Notes under the pieces: model-generated
Databases searched by the model: none
What the model saw: only the letters and a program-made list of their open reading frames with translations
What the model was told of the DNA's origin: nothing
Assembly: GCA_900546635.1 (NCBI GenBank)
Contig: URDS01000002.1
Coordinates: 337 to 64,336 of the forward strand
Direction: 5' to 3'
From: an uncultured Eubacteriales bacterium
GTDB taxonomy: Bacteria; Bacillota; Clostridia; Oscillospirales; CAG-272
DNA: 64,000 nucleotides
In this document: positions 27,153 through 36,493 of the stretch, in pieces
Numbering within the stretch: position 1 is the first letter of the stretch
How the letters are laid out: every line of letters begins with the position of its first letter
Made by a program: the position numbers and the translations under genes

Positions 27153-27785
27153 ATGAAAATGAAAAAAAACAGAGACTACGATTATTTTGCGTACTTTGTA
27201 AAAAATGTGGAGTCTGCGTGCCGAGCCGCCGAATATCTGAATGAATCGCTTGCGGAATTTGACCGCGCGCAGTTTGGCGGCCGCGTGGCCGCGATGCACG
27301 AGATTGAAAATCGCGCCGACAATGAAAAACATGATATGATGCAGAGACTTCTGCATGAATTTATTACGCCGATTGAGCGCGAGGATATTGTGGCGCTCGC
27401 ACAGCAGCTTGATAATGTACTTGATACAATTGACGATGTTATGCTTCGAGTCGATATGTTCTGTGTTTCTTCCATACTGCCGGGCGCGCTTCGGTTCACT
27501 GCGTTGATCATCAAATGCTGCCATGAACTGCTTAGGGTTGTCGGCGAATTTCGCAGTTTTAAATCTTCGACGAAAATTCGCGAGGGAATCGTTGCCGTGA
27601 ATTTTCTGGAAAGCGAGGGGGACAAGCTCCATTCCGAGTGTATCAAAGCGCTTTACCAGATGCCGGAGGCGGATGCAAAAATGCTGCTTGCCTGGACGGG
27701 AATATTTGATGACCTGGAAATGTGTCTTGATGCCTGTGAGCAAAGCGCGGATATTATAGAAACGGTAATCATGAAAAATTCGTAA
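27153..27785 (+). CDS. DUF47 / PhoU-like phosphate-transport regulator (YkaA-type)
   Basis: It is helical, ~210 aa, adjacent to pit, and has the ..IENRADNEKHDMMQRL..PIEREDI.. pattern. Start set to the ATG at 27153 (AAAGGA RBS). Confidence 0.8.
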   Translation: MKMKKNRDYDYFAYFVKNVESACRAAEYLNESLAEFDRAQFGGRVAAMHEIENRADNEKHDMMQRLLHEFITPIEREDIVALAQQLDNVLDTIDDVMLRVDMFCVSSILPGALRFTALIIKCCHELLRVVGEFRSFKSSTKIREGIVAVNFLESEGDKLHSECIKALYQMPEADAKMLLAWTGIFDDLEMCLDACEQSADIIETVIMKNS

Positions 27786-27795
27786 AGCGGCTGTT

Positions 27796-28374
27796 ATGGG
27801 AAAAAAATTATCCGAAATGCGTCTTGCAGAACTGTGGCGGTTGTTTCCGATTTATTTGACGGAACATCGGGACTGTTGGAAAGATTGGTATGCTGCGGAG
27901 GAGACGTTTTTGCGAAAAGCGCTTGCGGCAGAGCGGGGAATACGGCTGAGCCATATCGGCAGTACGGCTGTGACCGCTATATGGGCAAAACCGATTGTGG
28001 ATATTTTGCTGGAAGTACCGGAGGATTGCGATTTCAATCTTTTGAAGAAAACGCTGATACACGCGGGATATACCTGTATGTCCGAGCGGCCGCGCAGAAT
28101 GTCCTTTAACAAAGGGTACACCGAAAAGGGATTTGCCGAAAAAGTGTTTCATCTGCATCTTCGCTGCTTTGGCGATCATGACGAGTTGTACTTTCGAGAT
28201 TATTTGAATGCGTATCCGGATACCGCCAAAGAATATGAGGCATTAAAGCTTAAACTTTGGAAGCAGTATGCGCATGACAGAGACGGATATACCGCGCAGA
28301 AGTCGGAGTTTGTGGCGGCTGTAACGGCCAAGGCAAAAACAGCGTTTAAAGGTCGGTATTCGGATGAAAAATAA
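27796..28374 (+). CDS. GrpB family protein
   Basis: The ..LSHIGSTAVTAIWAKPIVDILLEV.. and ..HLHL.. motifs are typical of GrpB/nucleotidyltransferase-like proteins. Confidence 0.8.
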   Translation: MGKKLSEMRLAELWRLFPIYLTEHRDCWKDWYAAEETFLRKALAAERGIRLSHIGSTAVTAIWAKPIVDILLEVPEDCDFNLLKKTLIHAGYTCMSERPRRMSFNKGYTEKGFAEKVFHLHLRCFGDHDELYFRDYLNAYPDTAKEYEALKLKLWKQYAHDRDGYTAQKSEFVAAVTAKAKTAFKGRYSDEK

Positions 28375-28425
28375 GGCAAACTTTAAGAATTGACAAATCT
28401 TTCATTTTATATGGGAGTTTAAATA

Positions 28426-28881
28426 GTGGACTATAAAATAGTACGGCTGATAGACAGACCGGAACTAAAGGAACGAGCGGCACAATGGTTTCACGAGAAA
28501 TGGAAGATTCCATTAACAGCGTATATGGAAAGTATGGAAAATTGTCTTTTGAGACGAAAATCAGTACCGCAATGGTATATGGCAATGGAAGACAATCGAA
28601 TTATCGGCGGGGTGGGCGTGATTGAAAATGATTTTCACAATAGAAAAGATCTGGCGCCAAACGTTTGCGCATTATATACGGAAGAAGATAAACGTTGTAA
28701 TGGAATAGCCGGTGCATTGCTGAATTATGTATGTACTGATATGGGGAACAAAGGCGTTGACACCTTGTACCTTATAACAGATCATACCTCGTTTTATGAG
28801 CGGTACAATTGGAAGTTTTTTTGCATGGTTCAAGGAGATGGAGAAGCTGATTTGACAAGAATGTACATTCATAGCATGTGA
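28426..28881 (+). CDS. GNAT family N-acetyltransferase
   Basis: 151 aa with an ..RCNGIAGALLNYV.. acetyl-CoA motif A-like segment. It uses a GTG start with a GGGAG RBS. Confidence 0.7.
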   Translation: MDYKIVRLIDRPELKERAAQWFHEKWKIPLTAYMESMENCLLRRKSVPQWYMAMEDNRIIGGVGVIENDFHNRKDLAPNVCALYTEEDKRCNGIAGALLNYVCTDMGNKGVDTLYLITDHTSFYERYNWKFFCMVQGDGEADLTRMYIHSM

Positions 28882-28898
28882 CAATTACCTGTTCGCTT

Positions 28899-28994
28899 GA
28901 GGGGCGTATTCGCGCCTGTAAGGTGTTTACAAGGCGGCGCATGTCCGCCTTGTAAACGTATTTTATTTACGATTTTCACTTTTTTGACAGACTG
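28899..28994 (-). repeat. MITE-like repeat, copy C (internally shortened, inverted orientation)
   Basis: The reverse complement reads CAGTCTGTCAAAAAAGTGAAAATCGTAAATAAAATACGTTTACAAGGCGGACATGCGCCGCCTTGTAAACACCTTACAGGCGCG.. It matches copy A but lacks most of the GC-rich core. Confidence 0.75.
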
Positions 28995-29130
28995 TGGAGA
29001 GGATACCTTTGGTATCCTCTCCATTTCTTATACGTAAATCAATTGCTGTTTACAATCTCCATAGCGGCGTTACATATAGCAATCCTCCATATGTACTGAT
29101 TTCCCTGCAATATCAATCATTTTGACTGAT

Positions 29131-29173
29131 TACAAAAATCAAGGGAGACAACTTCTCTACGAAGCGTCTCCCT
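29131..29173 (-). terminator. Rho-independent terminator of the arginine operon
   Basis: On the minus strand: AGGGAGAC-(16 nt)-GTCTCCCT followed by TGATTTTTGT. Confidence 0.6.
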
Positions 29174-29233
29174 TCAGAGGACTTTTTCGGAAAATTGAAA
29201 CCGAGAACCACACAATCTCAGTCTTACAAAAGA

Positions 29234-32200
29234 TCAATACTCCGTCATACCGGTATAAGCGAGCTTTGCGTCTCCGGTCAATACAATTCCGTTCTCCGAA
29301 TAATTGACAATCAGGTCGCCGCCATGTACCTTTACGGTAATGTCGCGCCCCTTGTCGCAGTATCCGTTTTCAACCGCGGCAACGACAGCCGCGCATGCAC
29401 CGCTTCCGCACGCCCAGGTTTCGCCGTTTCCGCGCTCCCATACACGCATTTTCAGCGTGCTGCGATTGACCACGCGCACAAATTCTGTGTTGATGCGTTC
29501 GGGGAAGACAGACGCATTTTCAAACTGCGGTCCTACTATCTCTATGTCTACAGAATCCACGCGATCCGTAAAGACAACGCAGTGCGGATTTCCGACCGTC
29601 AGGCAATTGACGCTGTATGTTCTGCCGCCGATCTCCACCGGATAATTGATCAGCCGCTCAGCCGAAATCGTTGTCGGCAACGCGGACGCGCGCAAATCGG
29701 GCTGTCCCATATCCACGCCGGCATACGTCACTTTGCCGGCATTGGTATACAGCGTCAGGTGCTTTACGCCGTCTCCGGTCTCAATGGCGACCTCACGGCT
29801 TTGAACTAGCCCGTTGTCATACAAATACTTGGCAACGCAGCGAATCGAGTTGCCGCCCAGCCGTCCCTCCGAGCCGTCCCGATTGAACAAGCGCATCTTG
29901 GCATCCGCAATGGCCGATTTTTCAATCAGTACGATTCCAAAGCCGCCGATGCCCTTGTGGCGATTGCACAGGCGGACGCAAAGCGATTCCGGGCACTCTA
30001 TAGAATTGTCAAAATTCTCAATGTAGATATAGTCGTCGCCTGTCGCGTGCATCTTTGCGAACTGCAGCGTATGCCGCGATGTGCGCATATGATTGATGTC
30101 AACGAGTTCCGTGTTGTTCTCGCTGTAACGGCTGGCGATAATGTCCGCAAGCGCATTCGCCGTATCCAAAGACGTAAGGCAGGGGATAGAAAGCTGCAGC
30201 GCCCTGCGGTGCAGCGCGATATAATCGTCCATCGTATCGTCGCGCATGGCGCCCGTATATACGATGTAGCTGATCTCACCGCTCTCCAGCAGTTTAAACG
30301 CGCTGTCGTCCGCCTTGATGCCGTCGATTGTCTCAACATCGATGCCGAGCATGGCAATCGATTCGGCGGTATCCGGCGTCGCATACAGGCGGAAGCCGAG
30401 ATCGTCCAGCTTTTTGGCCAGCGTCACAACCTCAAACAAATCATGCTTATCCACACTGACCAGCACACCGACGTTTTTATGCTGAATGGAGGATTTGAGC
30501 ATCATGCCGGCCGAAGTCAGACCCTTGAACAGCGCCTCGGTCAGATCCTTGCCGATGCCGAGCACTTCACCGGTCGATTTCATCTCAGGTCCGAGATAGG
30601 CGTTGACATCAGTAAGCTTTTCAAACGAAAAGACAGGCACTTTAACCGCCACATAAGGCGGCGTTTTATAGAGTCCCGTGCCGTAGCCGAGTTCGGCCAG
30701 CGGAGCGCCGAGCATCACGCGCGCGGCAATGTCCACCATAGGCACGCCGGTCACCTTGCTGATATAGGGAATGGTTCGGGACGCGCGGGGATTCACCTCA
30801 ATGACATAAAGCTCATTTTCGTAAATCAGATACTGGATATTGACAAGTCCCTTTGTGCCGAGCGACAGTGCAAGCGACGTTGAGGAGGAAACGACCTTTT
30901 CGAGCATGGCGTCGTTGATGCTGTAGGGCGGATACACCGCAATGGAATCGCCGCTGTGTACGCCCGCGCGCTCAATATGCTCCATGACGCCCGGAATCAA
31001 TACATCGGTTCCGTCAGAAATCACGTCCACCTCAAGCTCGCTGCCCATCATATACTTGTCAACCAGAACCGGGTTTTCAATGCCGGTCGAAAGGATGCGT
31101 TTCATGTATTTTTCCCCCTCAGCCGCATCGTGTACGATCTGCATGTTCTGCCCGCCGATGACATAAGAGGGGCGCAGCAAAACCGGATAGCCGAGACTGT
31201 CCGCCGCAGCGAGCGCCTCTTCTAAGCTCTCAACACCCATGCCGCGCGGGCGCTTGATATGATGCCGCTCAAGCAATCCGTCAAACTTTTCACGGTCCTC
31301 CGCGAGGTCAATCCCCTCAGCCGAAGTGCCGAGAATCCGAATGCCGGACGCATCGAGGAATTTCGTGAGCTTTATTGCCGTCTGACCGCCGAACGCAACC
31401 ACAACACCGATCGGTTTTTCCACGCGAATAATGTCCATAACATCTTCATCGGTCAACGGCTCAAAATAAAGCCTGTCCGCAGTATCGTAGTCGGTCGATA
31501 CCGTTTCGGGATTGTTGTTGACGATCACCACGTCGTAGCCCATTTTCTTAAGCGTCCAGACGCAGTGCACCGAAGAATAGTCAAACTCAATGCCCTGTCC
31601 GATGCGAATCGGCCCCGAACCGAGTACGAGAATCGTCTGCTTGCCGCTCCTCGGGAACGCGCGGGACTCGCACTCGTCATCAAAGGTCGAATAGAAATAC
31701 GGCGTCTCGGCATCAAATTCCGCAGCGCAGGTATCGACCATTTTATACACGGCCGGACGATGTGCCGGCATGGCCGCGCCGCTGAGGCGTGCGAGCGCGC
31801 GGTCGGTATATCCGTACCGCTTACCGCAAAGGTACCGTTCATCCGTCATGCCGCCCGCAAGTTCACCCTCAAAATCCGCCAGATTTTTCAGCCTTGCCAA
31901 GAACCAATGATCTATCCGGGTAATCTCATGAATCTTTTCAATCGAAATCCCCGCTTTCAGCGCTTCAAAAATCGTAAAGAGGCGGCGGTCATCCGCATTG
32001 CCGAGCCGGGTCACAACATCCTGATCGGTCAGCGGCTTGATATTCAGCGTATCCGCTGAAATCTCCGCGCCGCGAATCGCCTTCATGAGCGCCATCTCAA
32101 AAGAGGGCGCAATGGCCATAACCTCTCCGGTCGCCTTCATCTGCGTACCGAGTATGCGCGACGAACCCGCAAATTTATCAAACGGCCATTTCGGCAGTTT

Positions 32201-33265
32201 GACCACCACATAGTCGAGCGCGGGCTCAAAGCAAGCGCAGGTTTTACCGGTAATATCGTTTTTAATCTCGTCAAGCGTATAGCCGAGCGCGATTTTGGTC
32301 GTAATCTTGGCAATCGGATAGCCGGTCGCCTTGCTGGCGAGGGCTGAGGAACGGGATACGCGGGGATTGACCTCGATCACGGCATATTCAAAGCTGTCCG
32401 GATTCAGAGCGAACTGACAGTTGCAGCCGCCGACAATGCCGAGCGCCGAAATGATATTCAGCGATGCGGTTCTCAGCATCTGATATTCCTTATCCGACAG
32501 TGTAAGCGCGGGCGCGACGACAATGCTGTCCCCCGTATGGATGCCGACCGGATCAAAATTCTCCATGCTGCAAACGGCGATTACATTCCCCACGCTGTCC
32601 CGCATGGTTTCAAACTCAATCTCTTTCCACCCGAAGATATATTTTTCCACAAGGATCTGACGAATGGGCGAAGCGTCAAGACCGGTATGCGCGATCACTT
32701 TCAGTTCTTCGGGCGTATACGCGACGCCGCCGCCCGCGCCGCCGAGCGTAAACGCCGGACGCACAATGACCGGATAACCGATCTGCTCGGCAATATCGAG
32801 CGCAGTGCGGACATCGTTTGCAATCTCAGAGGGAATGGTGGGTTCGCCGATTTGACGCATCGTGTCCTTGAATAGCTGGCGATCTTCCGCTTTGTCTATC
32901 GCCTCGGAATTGGTACCGATCAAACGGATACCGTGCGCCTGGAGAAAGCCCTCTTTATCCAACTGCATGGCAATCGTGAGTCCGGTCTGCCCGCCCAGTC
33001 CGCAAAGCAGGCTGTCCGGCTTTTCTTTCAACAAAATACGTTTAATGGTTTTTACGGTCAGCGGCTCCAGATAAATTTCATCCGCCAGCGCATTGTCGGT
33101 CATAATCGTCGCCGGATTGGAGTTGACCAAAACAACATTGACGCCCGCTTCTTTCAGTACGCGGCAGGCCTGCGCGCCCGCATAGTCAAATTCGGCGGCT
33201 TGTCCGATTACGATAGGTCCGGACCCGATCACCATAACTTTCTTGATTTTTTTATCGAGCGGCAC
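29234..33265 (-). CDS. carB: Carbamoyl-phosphate synthase large subunit fused in-frame to a C-terminal diaminopimelate-epimerase-like domain (1,343 aa; the DapF-like part is about 29237..30070)
   Basis: This is a single uninterrupted ORF. Residues 1 to ~1065 are canonical CarB (..VMVIGSGPIVIGQAAEFDYAG.. and a second ATP-grasp ..LVLGSGPIRIGQGIEFDY..). The last 278 aa read ..FAKMHATGDDYIYIE..NRDGSEGRLGGNSIRC..GNPHCVVF..FPERINTEF..WERGNGETWACGSGACAA.. The start was moved to the GTG at 33265 (GGAGG 8 nt upstream, giving MPLDKKIKKV..). Confidence 0.9.
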   Translation of the reverse strand: MPLDKKIKKVMVIGSGPIVIGQAAEFDYAGAQACRVLKEAGVNVVLVNSNPATIMTDNALADEIYLEPLTVKTIKRILLKEKPDSLLCGLGGQTGLTIAMQLDKEGFLQAHGIRLIGTNSEAIDKAEDRQLFKDTMRQIGEPTIPSEIANDVRTALDIAEQIGYPVIVRPAFTLGGAGGGVAYTPEELKVIAHTGLDASPIRQILVEKYIFGWKEIEFETMRDSVGNVIAVCSMENFDPVGIHTGDSIVVAPALTLSDKEYQMLRTASLNIISALGIVGGCNCQFALNPDSFEYAVIEVNPRVSRSSALASKATGYPIAKITTKIALGYTLDEIKNDITGKTCACFEPALDYVVVKLPKWPFDKFAGSSRILGTQMKATGEVMAIAPSFEMALMKAIRGAEISADTLNIKPLTDQDVVTRLGNADDRRLFTIFEALKAGISIEKIHEITRIDHWFLARLKNLADFEGELAGGMTDERYLCGKRYGYTDRALARLSGAAMPAHRPAVYKMVDTCAAEFDAETPYFYSTFDDECESRAFPRSGKQTILVLGSGPIRIGQGIEFDYSSVHCVWTLKKMGYDVVIVNNNPETVSTDYDTADRLYFEPLTDEDVMDIIRVEKPIGVVVAFGGQTAIKLTKFLDASGIRILGTSAEGIDLAEDREKFDGLLERHHIKRPRGMGVESLEEALAAADSLGYPVLLRPSYVIGGQNMQIVHDAAEGEKYMKRILSTGIENPVLVDKYMMGSELEVDVISDGTDVLIPGVMEHIERAGVHSGDSIAVYPPYSINDAMLEKVVSSSTSLALSLGTKGLVNIQYLIYENELYVIEVNPRASRTIPYISKVTGVPMVDIAARVMLGAPLAELGYGTGLYKTPPYVAVKVPVFSFEKLTDVNAYLGPEMKSTGEVLGIGKDLTEALFKGLTSAGMMLKSSIQHKNVGVLVSVDKHDLFEVVTLAKKLDDLGFRLYATPDTAESIAMLGIDVETIDGIKADDSAFKLLESGEISYIVYTGAMRDDTMDDYIALHRRALQLSIPCLTSLDTANALADIIASRYSENNTELVDINHMRTSRHTLQFAKMHATGDDYIYIENFDNSIECPESLCVRLCNRHKGIGGFGIVLIEKSAIADAKMRLFNRDGSEGRLGGNSIRCVAKYLYDNGLVQSREVAIETGDGVKHLTLYTNAGKVTYAGVDMGQPDLRASALPTTISAERLINYPVEIGGRTYSVNCLTVGNPHCVVFTDRVDSVDIEIVGPQFENASVFPERINTEFVRVVNRSTLKMRVWERGNGETWACGSGACAAVVAAVENGYCDKGRDITVKVHGGDLIVNYSENGIVLTGDAKLAYTGMTEY

Positions 33266-34325
33266 AGTCCTCACCTCCCATCAGCGCAAGAAATTGATCG
33301 AACAAAAAACCGGTGTCTTTCGGTCCCCCGCAGGCTTCCGGATGAAACTGCACGGTGAATGCCCGCTCCTCCGGATACTCGATTCCCTCGCAGGTACCGT
33401 CATTTGCATTGACAAAACTGATCCGGCCGGCGGAAAAACCTTCCGCGACAACCGCATAACCGTGGTTTTGGCTGGTGATATAGGTACGCGCGCCGTCCGC
33501 GCGCCGCACCGGCTGATTTGCGCCCCGATGACCGTATTTGAGCTTAACGGTCTTTGCGCCGTGCGCAAGCGCCAAAAGCTGATGTCCGAGACAAATCCCG
33601 AAAATCGGAACCTTGCCCGCCAGCTTGCGCAACTCGCCGATTTCATATGTATTCTCAGCCGGATCTCCGGGACCGTTGGAAAGCATAATCCCATCCGGCT
33701 TCAGCGCGAGTATTTCTTCCGCCGAAGTCCCCGCGCCGACTACCGTAACGCTGCATCCCCGCTTTTGCAATTCCCGCACGATATTGCGCTTTGCGCCGTA
33801 ATCAATCAACGTCACGCGATACCGCTCGTCCCCGTCAGCTGCAAAAACTTCGGGCGCGGGAACCGTCACGCCCCGAACGGCGCCCGAAACGCGATAATTC
33901 CGCACAAAGGTAATATCTTCGGGCACAGACTTTACAATCGCCGCGTTCATCACGCCCTTTTCCCGAATCATGCGGGTGAGGCGCCGCGTATCCACGCCGC
34001 AGATGCCCGGAATGCCCCGCTCCCGCAGAAATGTATCCAGATCATACTGCGACCGGAAATTGGACGGCGTTTCGCACCACTGCCGCACGACATATCCGCG
34101 CAGAGCGCATTCCCCCTCAAAATCATCGGGAATGATTCCGTAATTTCCGATCAGCGGAAAGGTCTGCAAAACGATCTGTCCGTAATAGCTGGGGTCTGTC
34201 AGGGTTTCAATATACCCGCACATTCCGGTGGTAAACACAAGTTCACCGACGCTTTCGGCATCGGCGCCGAACGCTGTGCCCTCAAAGACAGTGCCGTCCT
34301 CCAAAATCAAATAAGCTTTGCTCAT
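33252..34325 (-). CDS. carA: Carbamoyl-phosphate synthase small (glutaminase) subunit
   Basis: The ORF was trimmed to the ATG at 34325 (MSKAYLILEDGTVFEG..). The catalytic triad context ..GICLGHQLL.. is present. Its 3' end overlaps the carB start. Confidence 0.9.
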   Translation of the reverse strand: MSKAYLILEDGTVFEGTAFGADAESVGELVFTTGMCGYIETLTDPSYYGQIVLQTFPLIGNYGIIPDDFEGECALRGYVVRQWCETPSNFRSQYDLDTFLRERGIPGICGVDTRRLTRMIREKGVMNAAIVKSVPEDITFVRNYRVSGAVRGVTVPAPEVFAADGDERYRVTLIDYGAKRNIVRELQKRGCSVTVVGAGTSAEEILALKPDGIMLSNGPGDPAENTYEIGELRKLAGKVPIFGICLGHQLLALAHGAKTVKLKYGHRGANQPVRRADGARTYITSQNHGYAVVAEGFSAGRISFVNANDGTCEGIEYPEERAFTVQFHPEACGGPKDTGFLFDQFLALMGGEDCAAR

Positions 34326-34402
34326 GTCGTCCCTCATCTTTCCAATCGCCGCTGCGCCGCTGTATCGACGTGCCGGCACCGGCAAAAATCTTTTTCCGCG
34401 CT

Positions 34403-35308
34403 TTATTCCGAAAGGCACTTAACGAGTACGGCCTTCTGTGCATGAAGGCGGTTTTCCGCCTCCTCAAAAATCTCATCGGCATGCGCTTCAAATACCGCCG
34501 CCGTAATTTCCTCCTCACGGTGCACGGGCAGGCAGTGGAGCACCATCGCGCCCGGCTTTGCCGCATGCATAACGGTTTCGTTGATCTGATATCCGTTGAA
34601 AATCTCCGCGCGTGCCCGCGCCTCGTCTTCCTGCCCCATGGAAGCCCAGACATCGGTATACAGAACGTCCGCATCCGCGGCAGCGCTCAAAATATCATCG
34701 GTACACAAAAAGGATCCGTTGTCGTTTGCCCATTTCAAAATTCCGGCATCGGGCTGATGCGTCTTCGGGCAGGCAACAGCCACCGACATACCCATTTTGA
34801 TGCCGCCGACGATCAGAGAGTTTGCCATATTGTTCCCGTCTCCGATAAAGCAGAGCTTTTTGCCGGCAAGATTGCCGCGTTTCTCCCGAATGGTCATCAG
34901 ATCGGCCAGCACCTGACAGGGATGGCAGTAATCGGTCAAACCGTTGATAATCGGAATCGAACCGACGCGCGCCAGCGTTTCAACCTCTTCCTGCGCAAAT
35001 GTACGGATCATAATGCCGTCCAAATACCGGGAAAGCACACGCGCCGTATCCTCCACCGGTTCTCCGCGGCCGATTTGAAGATCGCGCGAACTGAGGAACA
35101 GCGCGTTTCCGCCGAGGTCGTACATACCGACCTCAAAGGAAACGCGGGTGCGCGTAGAGGATTTCTCAAAAATCATTCCAAGCGTCTTTCCGCGGAGCAA
35201 ATGATGCTCAATGCCGTTTTTCTTCTCGTATTTGAGTTGATCGGCCAGGTTGAGAATATCGGTGATCTCTTCTTTGGAAAGATCCATCAGCTTCAGCAAA
35301 TGTTTCAT
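34403..35308 (-). CDS. argF: Ornithine carbamoyltransferase
   Basis: STRTR, HPCQ, DVWASMG and HCLP motifs. Confidence 0.9.
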   Translation of the reverse strand: MKHLLKLMDLSKEEITDILNLADQLKYEKKNGIEHHLLRGKTLGMIFEKSSTRTRVSFEVGMYDLGGNALFLSSRDLQIGRGEPVEDTARVLSRYLDGIMIRTFAQEEVETLARVGSIPIINGLTDYCHPCQVLADLMTIREKRGNLAGKKLCFIGDGNNMANSLIVGGIKMGMSVAVACPKTHQPDAGILKWANDNGSFLCTDDILSAAADADVLYTDVWASMGQEDEARARAEIFNGYQINETVMHAAKPGAMVLHCLPVHREEEITAAVFEAHADEIFEEAENRLHAQKAVLVKCLSE

Positions 35309-36465
35309 ATCAGCGCTCCTTTGATTACCTGAACAGCCTGCTCAAGCAGACTGTTTTCTATGTTCAGCGGCGGCAGAAGCCGCAGCTTGTCTTTCGCCTT
35401 GATAACCAGCACGCCCGACGCACGGCACTTTTCGATTACCGCGCCCGCGTCCTGCACCGGCTTGATTCCGAGCATCAGCCCCATACCGGTCATATTCTGC
35501 ACGCCCGGCGCATGGCCGAGCGCATCAAACAGATACTTCGATTTTTCCCGCACGCCCGCAAGCAGCGTCTCGTCTATTCGGCTGATGATGCTGACAGCGC
35601 CGGCGGCGGCGGCCGGATTGCCGCCGAACGTGGAACCGTTCAAACCCGGCGTAAACACATCGGCCGCGCGCGCGCCGAGCAGCGTCGCGCCGATCGGCAG
35701 GCCGCCGCCGAGTCCCTTTGCCGTCGTCACAACGTCCGGCGTGATTCCGAGATTCATATAGCCGTAAAGCGCGCCGCTTCGCCCGTTGCCGATCTGCACC
35801 TCATCGCACATGAGAAGAAAATCCTGCTCCCGCGCAAGCTGCTCTGCGGCCTTGGCAAACGCAGGATCGAGCGGAAGCACGCCGCCCTCTCCCTGCACCG
35901 CCTCCATCAAAATTCCGGCGGTCTTGTTTGACCGCACCACGCGGCAAAGATCCTCGATATTGTTCGCCTCCGCATAGGCAAAGCCCTGGGGCATCGGCCC
36001 GAAGTGCGCGTGAAAGGTATCCTGCCCGGTGGCGGCGAGTGTTGCGAGCGTGCGCCCGTGAAAACTGTTTTTCAGCGTGACGATCACGTTATAGTCTTCG
36101 CCGTGCCGGTCTGCCGCGTATTTGCGCGCCGCTTTGATCGCGCATTCGTTGGCCTCCGCACCGGAATTGGAGAAAAAGACCTTTTTCATTCCGGTCCTTC
36201 GGCAAAGCAGTTCGGCGAGCTTTGCGCACGGCGCGGCATAATACAAATTGGACGTATGCTGAAACGTGTTCAACTGCGCCGTAACGGCGGAAATCCACTC
36301 CGCATCCGTATATCCGAAAATGTTGACGCCGATGCCCGTGCCGAGATCAATGTATTCCCTGCCGTCCGCGTCGCGGCAGAGCGCGCCGTGTCCGGAAACG
36401 ATTTCCACAGGAAACCGCGCATAGGTATTGGCGATATAGGTACGATCCAGTTCAAATGTATTCAT
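35305..36465 (-). CDS. argD: Acetylornithine aminotransferase
   Basis: This is a class-III aminotransferase (..FFSNSGAEANE.., ..DEVQIGNGRSG.., ..TTAKGLGGG..). It was trimmed to the ATG at 36465 (GGAGAAAGG RBS). Confidence 0.9.
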   Translation of the reverse strand: MNTFELDRTYIANTYARFPVEIVSGHGALCRDADGREYIDLGTGIGVNIFGYTDAEWISAVTAQLNTFQHTSNLYYAAPCAKLAELLCRRTGMKKVFFSNSGAEANECAIKAARKYAADRHGEDYNVIVTLKNSFHGRTLATLAATGQDTFHAHFGPMPQGFAYAEANNIEDLCRVVRSNKTAGILMEAVQGEGGVLPLDPAFAKAAEQLAREQDFLLMCDEVQIGNGRSGALYGYMNLGITPDVVTTAKGLGGGLPIGATLLGARAADVFTPGLNGSTFGGNPAAAAGAVSIISRIDETLLAGVREKSKYLFDALGHAPGVQNMTGMGLMLGIKPVQDAGAVIEKCRASGVLVIKAKDKLRLLPPLNIENSLLEQAVQVIKGALI

Positions 36466-36493
36466 TTTTATACGCCTTTCTCCGCACGGCCGG

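Noticed and set aside
20660-29030. Whether the recurring hairpin-containing repeats (copies A, C, D, E, F) could be a degenerate CRISPR array or another regularly spaced array.
   Set aside because: The copies are kilobases apart, in both orientations, ~100-160 bp long and located in separate intergenic regions. There is no repeat-spacer periodicity and there are no cas genes.
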